Shown: positions 39,201 to 47,246 of the stretch, one piece after another
Position numbering within the stretch: the stretch's first letter is position 1
How the letters are laid out: each line of letters starts with the position of its first letter
Origin: a virus
Reading direction: 5' to 3' (one strand)
Length of the DNA stretch: 64,000 nt
IMG/VR virus record: IMGVR_UViG_3300009176_000003
Span: 4,834 to 68,833 of that record
Program-made: the position numbers and the translations under genes
Notes under the pieces: model-generated
Databases searched by the model: none
Told to the model about the DNA's origin: nothing
Seen by the model: only the letters and a program-made list of their open reading frames with translations

Positions 39201-39311
39201 AGCGACCTCTATGCCCATACGCCGCCGGACCAGCGTCCCATGACGACGCCGACAACATCGCTAAGCGGCGCTACCGCGACGGTAATTTCCATCGACAAGG
39301 CACGACCCTGA
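36264..39311 (+). CDS. Primase-helicase (AEP/RepB-like primase plus DUF927-type domain)
   Basis: LFLDVD, TGGGIHVYW, ARILRVPGTVN; C..CPYYGKLKSP; Walker-like GGGAHKST and YWDE. Confidence 0.88.
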   Translation: MMLPADFMSRVVDWPGDDNAPGWVNVHWLSPKGPGMRGRPFKHLHDFMSFVQYAANKPGIFKDIFFCTSTQKDHGKEFRGRYTAHRHHSKALWHKALFLDVDIKPEGYATLKEALQAVHAFRLKAGLPPPSAIVLTGGGIHVYWISLKPLTTEQWRPYAEGLKAEVLSFGLKCDVGVIADAARILRVPGTVNNKQDKPRPVRLAHLGASYDFSDVAFAGLAAKAPVAPVQKVPVTAAATFAIPPEFAAGPAKILAHLDPLAGGFSGIGARDNDLPLDATEIFKGCNHFRDSVKTGGKSQSQSLWHLNALACTWLDNGRTIFHGMARGYRTYTYDESDKMFDRKVKDRAQYPDLGWPLCETLESEGAKCAGCPYYGKLKSPLSLAERVYVPPPPMPPPPPELELPEEYTVNEKGFICEIVEKEDRHGNSRTEYVPLFWSKLRAFNAQGGNRQLQFQTSLDLDKWGTVEINEATDLINETTIVKALRQHGVKPNTSISAKRIITFVTSYMAKLDASKARQNTVPFGWLRETGEMPVGFAYGGRVILQNNTERQAGYSDKQLEKFYTPTGDPEPWWKLLRIITARHHPALECIVASSFAAPLSYATGLYNGIICSWSPGGGAHKSTSMQVGAAVWGCPKLTKEHPGASHKGIIHKMGMIKNLPVYWDEINSPELMKGVASILGNSTQGSGGSKLTSGRDFHVYDEWQTLMQVGANLSLVEHIINNRTGTDAQLQRVFEFQVEKRIDTQKHYNTDRLSNALDHNYGHVGVRYSQLLGTNVERIHKQMTGVLERFSNEVSIRSEERFRCAVAATVYMGAVLANEIGCDFNVNEMWSFLKDEFLKQRHKIDTANVVAGTGENSANWTSHFLKTNADNAVWIDTMPSRRPGQPPGIVWVAGVNHLRPRPIHVRLSISDRVIDISRTKFFEWLVLKEVIPSSVLTGLVRHFGATEPGRLNLAAGAGVLGGGREPVIRIPVPDDSPFLSDLYAHTPPDQRPMTTPTTSLSGATATVISIDKARP

Positions 39312-39325
39312 AGGAGGGTTTAACA

Positions 39326-40060
39326 ATGAAGAAGCTACTTGCGACAGTTGCCGTGCTCGCCGCACTTGCGACTCCCGCCTACGCCGATGTCATTCTTGGC
39401 GGCCAGACCTGGACCGGCAACGGCACCGTCCTCGACATCGCCGCTGTCGTCCCGGGCGGCAACCAGCCGCGCAACATCCCGTGTCTCATTTGCGGCGAGA
39501 ACCAGCCGCAACAGATAGCCGGGTTTGGCTACAACGACTTCGGCAACTCCGGCAACCAGACCACCATCAACGCCTTCTCGTCCGGCATTGTGCGCGACCG
39601 TCTGGCCGACGACACCATCGGCACCGGCTACACCCTTGGTGCCGGGAGCGTTTTCCTCGCGGCACTCGCCGGTCGTACCGACTTTGCGGTCGGCGTCGAC
39701 GTCAACGATACCGGCGTGGCGCAGACGCTGGAGAGCTTCTGGTTCCTCAACCTGACGCAGCACACGGTCCTCGCCGTGCTCTCGCCCGGTCCGGGCGGAA
39801 TAGCGATCCCCTCGCTCAACAACGGCACCGGCTTTCCCGACTACACCATCAGCGGTTTCGACCTGAACCGGGGCGACATCCGTCCGGGCGACCAGATTAT
39901 TTTCTTTGCGCGCATCACGGGTGCGAACGACGGTCCCGACTCGTTCTTCTTAGTGCCGCAGGCCGTCCCCGGCCCGGTCCTCGGTGCTGGACTACCCGGT
40001 CTGGCGTTCGTGCTTGGCTGCCTCGCCTACTGGCGTCAACGCCGGCGCAACACCATATAA
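39326..40060 (+). CDS. Secreted protein with PEP-CTERM-like (VPGP) sorting signal
   Basis: Signal peptide MKKLLATVAVLAALATPAYA; C-terminus VPGPVLGAGLPGL + hydrophobic segment + WRQRRR. Confidence 0.85.
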   Translation: MKKLLATVAVLAALATPAYADVILGGQTWTGNGTVLDIAAVVPGGNQPRNIPCLICGENQPQQIAGFGYNDFGNSGNQTTINAFSSGIVRDRLADDTIGTGYTLGAGSVFLAALAGRTDFAVGVDVNDTGVAQTLESFWFLNLTQHTVLAVLSPGPGGIAIPSLNNGTGFPDYTISGFDLNRGDIRPGDQIIFFARITGANDGPDSFFLVPQAVPGPVLGAGLPGLAFVLGCLAYWRQRRRNTI

Positions 40061-40087
40061 GGTAGACATTCCAACAGGATAGATACA

Positions 40088-40351
40088 ATGCAACGCGAGA
40101 CGATCCTACAGTATTTCGAGTACAAGCACCTGAAGCCAGAGCTGCAGAACCACAGCAAGTCGTTCTGGGCCCTGGCGCATCACGTCTGCAACACCATCCC
40201 CGAGAGCCCGGAGCGCACCATTGCGCTGCGAAAACTCTTGGAGGCCAAGGACGCGGCAGTGCGTGCCGCGCTCTACGACATCACCAAGGGCGATGTGCAG
40301 GAAGTGCTGACCGAGCAGGACCAGCGGCCTGCCGTGCGCGGCGTAGCCTAG
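40088..40351 (+). CDS. Small helical-hairpin phage protein (possibly Acb2/Tad1-like)
   Basis: ILQYFEYKHL...PESPERTIALRKLLEAKDAAVRA. Confidence 0.6.
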   Translation: MQRETILQYFEYKHLKPELQNHSKSFWALAHHVCNTIPESPERTIALRKLLEAKDAAVRAALYDITKGDVQEVLTEQDQRPAVRGVA

Positions 40352-40516
40352 GTTTCTTCATTCTCAATGAAATAACGGCACCAGCCGTCTGGACTGATCG
40401 GGTCAACCACCGCAACACAGTGCGGTGGTTGACCCTTTTGGTACATGGTGCAGAGCGAGCACTTCTCGTATTTGTCGCCCGGGCCGTACTGCGCCACCGC
40501 ATGAGAAGACTTCTTC

Positions 40517-40699
40517 TCAGCCACGCGGCTTCACCGCCGGGAGCGATTTGGTCTTGGGCGCGGCAGGTGCCGGCACCTCGATCTTCGACCTGAATTGGGC
40601 GTCGCGAAATCTGTCCGGGGTTTTGAGAAACTTGCTGTCGGTAGTCGTGACAGGTCCGCCTTTGGCGTAGCTCGCTGTTTTCGCGCCTGAACTCTTCAT
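40517..40699 (-). CDS. Small basic virion protein with YAKGGPV motif
   Basis: RBS AGGAG; 60 aa. Confidence 0.65.
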   Translation of the reverse strand: MKSSGAKTASYAKGGPVTTTDSKFLKTPDRFRDAQFRSKIEVPAPAAPKTKSLPAVKPRG

Positions 40700-40851
40700 C
40701 TGGTTTTCTCCTGGGGTTTGCGTTTCGGCAGCTTGCCGCCTTTGTCGGATTTAACAAATTCAGCACCAACAGACTTTGGGATTCCCAAAGTGCTCTTGCC
40801 AGCCTTAGCGGCGTACATCGCCTTGCGTTGCTGTTGCGACACCATTGGCAT
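40696..40851 (-). CDS. Small basic phage protein (51 aa)
   Basis: [42 protein letters not shown]...; RBS GGAG; below the ORF-track cut-off. Confidence 0.7.
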   Translation of the reverse strand: MPMVSQQQRKAMYAAKAGKSTLGIPKSVGAEFVKSDKGGKLPKRKPQEKTR

Positions 40852-40887
40852 ATTGACTCTCCGTTCTAGGTGGCATATTCACGCTGC

Positions 40888-41460
40888 ATGAGGAAACGAA
40901 ATCCTTGTGCTTGTGGCTGCGGTAAGTTGGCCCCGGTCATTTTTCGGGAGAGCGGACCACGAAAGGGTCATGTTAAGCGCTACGCCCAGTTCATTCCTGG
41001 TCATGGGAATAGAGATTGGGGTCGCCGTATGAAGGCAATGCTTCCCGGCACACTGGATTTGCTGCCGATTGGTGCCACCAGACTTCATCATTCCAATCCC
41101 ACACTTGTCTACAGACAGATCAAAGCTGGTCCCGGTAGAGCCGGCTGGCGTTTCGAACATCGTGTAGTAGTTGAACAACACATAGGTCGTCGGCTTGATC
41201 GAAATGAACACGTCCATCACAGGAACGGAAACACGCTCGATAATCGAATCGAAAATCTCGTGTGTATGTCTCACTCAGATCACAGCAAGCATCATCATAA
41301 TTTGCAGCGCTGGGCCAAGAAATTTGACCATTGCCGATGGTGTGGAACAGACAAGAAAGAGCATGTAGGTCATGGTCTCTGTACAACATGCTATCAACGC
41401 TCACTCATCGGAATCACACCGCGTGTTGCCGTCGCGGTAACCAGCCCGCCATGCTCGTAG
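40888..41460 (+). CDS. HNH homing endonuclease
   Basis: CACGCG N-terminus; EHRVVVEQHIGR...EHVHHRNGNTLDNRIENL; lower GC; antisense to neighbours. Confidence 0.9.
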   Translation: MRKRNPCACGCGKLAPVIFRESGPRKGHVKRYAQFIPGHGNRDWGRRMKAMLPGTLDLLPIGATRLHHSNPTLVYRQIKAGPGRAGWRFEHRVVVEQHIGRRLDRNEHVHHRNGNTLDNRIENLVCMSHSDHSKHHHNLQRWAKKFDHCRWCGTDKKEHVGHGLCTTCYQRSLIGITPRVAVAVTSPPCS

Positions 41461-44400
41461 CCCTTGATCGCCTTATTGACTCCGCTCTCAATCAAGCCGC
41501 GCGGACGCTTGTCGCGAGCGCGCTCGCTCTGCATCTGCAGCTTGACGCGCATGATCTCGCGCCTGACCTGTCCCGGTGAGGGCGTATTGATGCCGCCGAT
41601 GATCAGTTGCTCGATCACCTTCTGGGCGATCAGGCTGGCATCGGCGTCTGGACGCATCGCCACGTTGGACGCCACCTTGTAGGGTGGCACCGCTTGCCCA
41701 ACTAGGTATTCGGTCAGCTGACCAACAGCCTTAGCGGCGTTCTCTGGGTCGAGCAGGTTTTGCGTCTCGACAATCGGCTTGCCGCGCCAATCTTTATTAC
41801 CAAGCAATTCCCACGCTGCGTTAGTTGGTACTGAAGGCGTATAGACAATCTGGGTCAAACTCTGCGGGTCCTTTTCGCCTTTTGCCACGTCCCGGACCAG
41901 GCCGGCGATGCGCGTCATGCCGCGCTCGTCGAACTTGGATTTCGGGTTGCCGGTGAGAGAAGCGTACCCTTCCGAGAGCGCCGGATAGACCAACGTCATC
42001 AGGGCAATCATGGCGGCGGCCTGCCCTGCCGCCACGCCGCGCTCTTTGTAGGAGGCGTCGGGACGGGTCAGGTTGCGCAAAATCGTGGCGAACCCGCGCA
42101 GCAGGCCATAATGGTACGGGTTGAACATGCTCAGAAACGGCGTGCTGAGCACCTTCTTGGCGAGGCGGCTGCCCAGCACGGTCGGCGGCACCTGATAGCT
42201 GTCCACGAAGTCGTGCACGCTCTTGGCGGCCTTCTCGGGAGATAACCCCGCCTCGCGTTCCTCCAGGTAGCGCTGGGTGTAGAGAATGTCCGACAGCCAC
42301 CACATCGGCGCGCTCGCCGCATCGTAGGCCCGGGATGCCGCCTCTGCGGTGGACACCCCAAACACGCGGGCTATCGGGTCGAGCTTGCTGAGTTTCTTCG
42401 GCACCTCGGTGCCGGATGCCTTGGCGATCTGCTCCATGACGCCGTGGGTCAGCGTATGCATAAGCATCGGGTTGCCGCCCGCCTCGATGATCTCGCGCTG
42501 TAAATCATCCTGCTCGCGCACCGACTTCACCGCACGCGCGAACGTCTTGACGAGTATCTTGGTGTCCTTCGGGCTGAGCCATTTTGCACCCCGGCCGATA
42601 AAAAATTTATCCGCCTCGTTGAACGCCTGCACCAAGGGTGCCCACACCACGATGTTCTTGGTGAAGAAGCTGGAGAACGCGTCCAGCTTCTTGATCGCCC
42701 ATTTGCCGTCGTGCTCGTTCCAGCTCTGCGAGATGCTCGGGTTCATGAAGTCGTTCATGACCCAGGCCCAGCGCTGCGGCATCCACATGTTCTTGAACTG
42801 CGGCAGGTTGGTCTGCGCGTACTTGAGTTCCTTGACCTCCTTCTTGGACAAGCCGCGCTTGAGGTGGGACTGGAAGTCGTTGCTGGAGATAATCTCGTCG
42901 TAGAGCTTGAGGTTCTCCAACGCTGATTGCAGTCCCATCAGGGCGTTCGAGTAGGTCAGCAGCGGGTTGTCGTGATACTCAACGCGCCACTCACCAGTGG
43001 CCGGGTCCTTGCCCATGGCGTGCTTGATCTCGTCGATCCCGGAATGATCGACCTGAAAGAGTGTTTCCTTGCCTTTCTTCTTCAGCCGGACCGTGGAGCC
43101 CACCTGGTTCGGGTTGAAATTCCCCATGTCGCGAGTGAGCTTAAGCTTGCTCGGCGCGCCGTTGCGCATGAACGTAATGGAGTCGGCACCCGGGATGTAG
43201 ACCACGCGGTGCCCGCTGACAGTGTCGACCAGGGTGAAGTAGCCGCGCTTCTGCGCGGTGCCGGCGAACTGGTGCAGCGACGCCTCGCCCTCGCCGCCCC
43301 ACGGATCGAGCGTGCGCTCCTTGGTCGGGTCGGCATAGGGGTCGTACTCGTCGACGTGGTCCCACTTCTGCGAGCCCTTCTGGATGCGCGGCACGAACTC
43401 GTAGAACCCGTTGCCGTTGCTGGTGCGCTCCGGCAGGTCTTCCCAGCCGGTGACCTTGTAGTTTTCCGCTTTGGCTTTGTATTCGTCGTAGAACTTCGCG
43501 TAGTCGTCCTCCATCCACTTGATGTGCGTGTCGTAATAGTCCTTCAGCTTCGCCGGCAGCGCGCGGGCCTGGCCGAGTTCCAGTGCCTGGCGCAGCTGCG
43601 TGTGCTCCAGCGGCGAGAGTTGTGACTTCTTGGTCTTGGGGTCGCGCGCCTTTAATGCGTTCTTGCGCAGCTTGCCGCGGTACTCGGTCTTGCGGTTGGT
43701 GAGCCTGACGAATTTCGCACCGAGCTGGTCGGCATACTGCCGGGTCGGCTCGTTGTAGCCGGGCCACCAGAAGCTCTTGACCGTGTGCTTGACCGTCTTG
43801 ACCGGGTTGAGCATCCACTCCGGGATCTCGACCGCGCCGCGCTCGTCGGTGACAATCTCGTCAAAGAAGTCGCTCACCCGCTCGAACGTGCCTTTCTCGG
43901 CACGCACCTGCTCGGCTTCGGCCAGCTTCTGGTCGGCTGCCGCACGGGCTTCCTTGCCGACCACCACCGGCTTGGCCTGCAGCGCCGCCAGGGTCGCGGC
44001 AGCAATCGCCTTAAACTCGGGGGAGTTTCTATCCAGCACCGTGCCGGTGGAGAGTTTCTCGGCGGTTGCCGGCGCGGTAACGATCCGCTCGCGCTTCGGG
44101 ATATCCGCCGCGGTCTTGACCGACGTGGTCTTGACTACCGGCGCGTCCTCGGCCGGCACCGCCTCGAACGTCGCCTCCAGCTGGTTGAACAAGATCCTGC
44201 GTAATTTATCCGGGTCCTGCGTGGTCGCGACATTGGTCTCCAGGTCGGGATGAAGCGTAAACAACAAATTATGCGCGTCGTCGGGTAGCCCGTTGATCCA
44301 GTTGACCAGCGTGTCGTGCTGCAGGACGTAAGTCTGGCTCTCACCGCCGTCGGAGTTGTCGATTTGCCTTAGCTCGGGACGGCCACGGCTCTCGCCCTCG

Positions 44401-47240
44401 CGCGCCTTGGACAGGAGAACTTCCGCGGCGGCATCGGGGAGCGACCGGCGGTTCTTCTCGATGTCGGCCTCGATGCGCTTGGTCTCTTGCTCCAGCCGCG
44501 CGCCTTCTTCCGGGGTGTACTTGGCTGGCGACAACACTTCGCGCGTGGCTTCCTGCTGCGCCTTCCACTCGCCCGCGATGGCTTCCCGCTCGGCCTGCTT
44601 ATGCTGCGGCGACAACGTCGATGTCTTGAGCAGCTCCTCGCGCTCCAACAGGCGCTTGCGCCATGCCTCGACGTCCGGTTTTTCAGACTCGGTTGCCGTG
44701 GCGGTAGCGCCCTTGCCGTCGCCGTAGATATTGAACTCGGTCTGGCGGAACGCCGCCGCGCCCTTCACGCCGGGAGACTTCTTGAAGCGCCTTGCCGCAG
44801 CAACAATCTGCATGCCCGGGGTCTTCACCCGTGGCTTGTAGGTCTGGCCCTTGGCGAGTTCAGTCGCGCGGTCGAGTATGCGCATCGCGCGCCGGAACAG
44901 ATCCTGGTCGGTCTCTTTGCCAGCGGGCTTGGCGTTCTCTTTGTAGGCGGTCTCGTGCGCGGCGATCACCGCGTCGTTGCGCTCCGCCAGCGCCTTGCTG
45001 CCGGGGGTCACGCCCGTCACGGTCTTGGCCCGTGCGGTCGGCATGCGTAATTTGTCTTTCGCGCCGCCCGCCGCTGTCGCCGTGCCGCTGGCGCTGCGCA
45101 ACGCCGTGATCGTCTTGGTGGCGAGAAGTGCGCGCTCGCGCGGTGTCGCGTTCACCCACTCCGGGGCACTGGTCAGTTTCGCCGGGTCGAGGCCCTTGGC
45201 CTGCATCTCGGCAATCGCCGTGTCGATCAGGCGCTGTTCTTGATGTTGCGTTGCAGCACCGGGCTGGCTGCGACCGATATCGCGCGGGCCTCCCTCGGCA
45301 CCGGCTTTGGACTGGGCAATGGCGTGCGCCGCCTGCATCGCCGGGTCCTTGCTGTCCCTGGCGTCCTCCGCGATGTCCTTCAGCGCCTGTGCATAGGTGC
45401 CGTCTCCCCCTGCACGGTAGTCCTCGACGATCTGTTCCGGCGTCATACGGGCGTTGGCGGCCTGCATCTCGGCCACCGTCGATTGCCTGCCAAGCTCGGC
45501 CGCCTCCTCCGGGGCCCCGACATCCTGGACGGGAGCAGCACGCTGCCGCGCCATAGCCTGCTCGACCAGCTGTTTCTTGAAGTTGCCGGTCCCGCTCGGA
45601 CGTGCCGCTGCCGGAGCAGGTGCTACCGGAGCTGGCTGCGCCGTTGGCGCAGGCGCGCGTGCCGCAATCGCCGCAGCGGCAGCAGGGGGTTGTCGTGTCG
45701 GACTAAGTTGCCCCTTTGACGCCATGCTATCCATCTGTACCGGTGGAACCGGCGGCGCGGCCTCGCGGGTGGCGACTTGTGGTGCGGCTGGTGCGGCAGC
45801 CTGCGGGGGCCGTCCCGCTATCGCGTCCTGTGCGGCCGGCGGACGTGCCGGTTTGGTCCCGGCCATCGCTGCCGCCACGTCGTCGGAAATAGGTGCGCGT
45901 GATATCTTGGTGCTGGGCTGCGTCACCACGCCCGGCGCGGGGGTCACCGTGTCCTTGGCGAGGTTGCGCGCTGGATCGTTCGGCCGCGCCGCGATGCGCG
46001 CCGCCATCGGTGCGCCATAGGGGTTGCCCGCCCCTTCGACGGTGACCGGCCGGTTCTCGTGCGCCACGCCCGAGGACGTCGTTGTCACGTCGTTGGCGGC
46101 GTTACCGTCGCGGTAAGTGAACGGATTTTCTTCCGAGCGAGGCCCCATCGAGGCATCGACGTCGACCCAACCCTTGTTCTCGTCGCGCCCCTGCAACTCG
46201 GTGGCGTAGTCGTTCCACGCCTTCCACATCATGCTGTCTTGCGGATGCTGGTCGCGCTGCTCCTGCGCGTTCTTGATCGCGCGGGCGTGATAACCGGTGT
46301 TCTCGTAGGGGAGCGCGCCCGGCTCCGGCGAAATTACTTCTCCCTCCAACGGGCCACCGCCACCACGAGGGCCCCGGCCAGGCGCAGGTCCACCGCCACC
46401 GCCACCACCGCCGGGTCCGCCACCCAGCGGGTTCCAGTTGCCGTTCTCGTCCGGGAACATCGGGCTGCGCCCGGCACCCGGCATGCGCGAGGTGACCGGC
46501 TGGGTGAAGCCGCGCGGCTGGGCGAACGCCGCACCGGCCGCACCGGCCATGCCGATCTTGGCCGGGTCGAACCCCTCGCCCTGATACGCCTGGTGCGCGC
46601 CCTCCATGCCAGCCTGCAAGCCAGCCCCGAATACGCGCTGGCCGACCATGGGACCGGCACCGACACCGAATGTCGGGGCGGCACCGCCAACCAGCTGACC
46701 GCCGAAACTCGAATACGGGTGCTGGGTTACGTCGGCGAGCTGCTGCGCCTCGGAGAAAAACCCCGCGCCTTGCTTGTAACCGGCTTTCTCCAGCAGCCAG
46801 TCCTGCACCGCGCGTGCGCCGTAGTTCGCCGCCATGCCTGCAGGGATACCCGTTGCCAGACCGCCCGCGACCGAGCCGACACCGGGCCCTGCCGCCACCG
46901 TGCCGAGTGCCGCACCGGGAACGGCAGCCGCCAATCCCGCAACGCCACCGGCAACGCCGGGAACGACCGCCTGCACGCCCTGCCGGAACGCCGCGCCGAT
47001 TGCGCCAGACGTGACCTCGGTCGGGATGCCCCAGTCGAGAACGTCGTCGGGATGGTATGCTTTACGTTCTTCCGGTGCGCCCCAGTCCTTCACGTCCTCG
47101 GCGGAATATCTGGTCGGCTCGGCCGACGTCGGCGTAGAAGTCGACGGCAGGACGTCGCCATCCCCCTCGTCGCCATAGGCTGCCATCGGCGGAGGTGCAG
47201 CATCCTCCGGCGGCTCGTAGTACTCCATGGTGTCCGGCAT
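41394..47240 (-). CDS. Large internal virion (ejection) protein
   Basis: 1948 aa, Ala/Gly-rich and helical; last large gene of the structural block. Confidence 0.7.
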   Translation of the reverse strand: MPDTMEYYEPPEDAAPPPMAAYGDEGDGDVLPSTSTPTSAEPTRYSAEDVKDWGAPEERKAYHPDDVLDWGIPTEVTSGAIGAAFRQGVQAVVPGVAGGVAGLAAAVPGAALGTVAAGPGVGSVAGGLATGIPAGMAANYGARAVQDWLLEKAGYKQGAGFFSEAQQLADVTQHPYSSFGGQLVGGAAPTFGVGAGPMVGQRVFGAGLQAGMEGAHQAYQGEGFDPAKIGMAGAAGAAFAQPRGFTQPVTSRMPGAGRSPMFPDENGNWNPLGGGPGGGGGGGGPAPGRGPRGGGGPLEGEVISPEPGALPYENTGYHARAIKNAQEQRDQHPQDSMMWKAWNDYATELQGRDENKGWVDVDASMGPRSEENPFTYRDGNAANDVTTTSSGVAHENRPVTVEGAGNPYGAPMAARIAARPNDPARNLAKDTVTPAPGVVTQPSTKISRAPISDDVAAAMAGTKPARPPAAQDAIAGRPPQAAAPAAPQVATREAAPPVPPVQMDSMASKGQLSPTRQPPAAAAAIAARAPAPTAQPAPVAPAPAAARPSGTGNFKKQLVEQAMARQRAAPVQDVGAPEEAAELGRQSTVAEMQAANARMTPEQIVEDYRAGGDGTYAQALKDIAEDARDSKDPAMQAAHAIAQSKAGAEGGPRDIGRSQPGAATQHQEQRLIDTAIAEMQAKGLDPAKLTSAPEWVNATPRERALLATKTITALRSASGTATAAGGAKDKLRMPTARAKTVTGVTPGSKALAERNDAVIAAHETAYKENAKPAGKETDQDLFRRAMRILDRATELAKGQTYKPRVKTPGMQIVAAARRFKKSPGVKGAAAFRQTEFNIYGDGKGATATATESEKPDVEAWRKRLLEREELLKTSTLSPQHKQAEREAIAGEWKAQQEATREVLSPAKYTPEEGARLEQETKRIEADIEKNRRSLPDAAAEVLLSKAREGESRGRPELRQIDNSDGGESQTYVLQHDTLVNWINGLPDDAHNLLFTLHPDLETNVATTQDPDKLRRILFNQLEATFEAVPAEDAPVVKTTSVKTAADIPKRERIVTAPATAEKLSTGTVLDRNSPEFKAIAAATLAALQAKPVVVGKEARAAADQKLAEAEQVRAEKGTFERVSDFFDEIVTDERGAVEIPEWMLNPVKTVKHTVKSFWWPGYNEPTRQYADQLGAKFVRLTNRKTEYRGKLRKNALKARDPKTKKSQLSPLEHTQLRQALELGQARALPAKLKDYYDTHIKWMEDDYAKFYDEYKAKAENYKVTGWEDLPERTSNGNGFYEFVPRIQKGSQKWDHVDEYDPYADPTKERTLDPWGGEGEASLHQFAGTAQKRGYFTLVDTVSGHRVVYIPGADSITFMRNGAPSKLKLTRDMGNFNPNQVGSTVRLKKKGKETLFQVDHSGIDEIKHAMGKDPATGEWRVEYHDNPLLTYSNALMGLQSALENLKLYDEIISSNDFQSHLKRGLSKKEVKELKYAQTNLPQFKNMWMPQRWAWVMNDFMNPSISQSWNEHDGKWAIKKLDAFSSFFTKNIVVWAPLVQAFNEADKFFIGRGAKWLSPKDTKILVKTFARAVKSVREQDDLQREIIEAGGNPMLMHTLTHGVMEQIAKASGTEVPKKLSKLDPIARVFGVSTAEAASRAYDAASAPMWWLSDILYTQRYLEEREAGLSPEKAAKSVHDFVDSYQVPPTVLGSRLAKKVLSTPFLSMFNPYHYGLLRGFATILRNLTRPDASYKERGVAAGQAAAMIALMTLVYPALSEGYASLTGNPKSKFDERGMTRIAGLVRDVAKGEKDPQSLTQIVYTPSVPTNAAWELLGNKDWRGKPIVETQNLLDPENAAKAVGQLTEYLVGQAVPPYKVASNVAMRPDADASLIAQKVIEQLIIGGINTPSPGQVRREIMRVKLQMQSERARDKRPRGLIESGVNKAIKGYEHGGLVTATATRGVIPMSER

Positions 47241-47246
47241 GTGGGG

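Noticed and set aside
39032-39325. N-terminal extension of the 342-aa ORF
   Set aside because: Overlaps the primase; signal peptide and RBS indicate ATG 39326
41394-47240. Virion RNA polymerase or DarB-like enzyme in the 1948-aa protein
   Set aside because: No polymerase, methyltransferase or helicase motifs recognised; a structure search would be needed to exclude it
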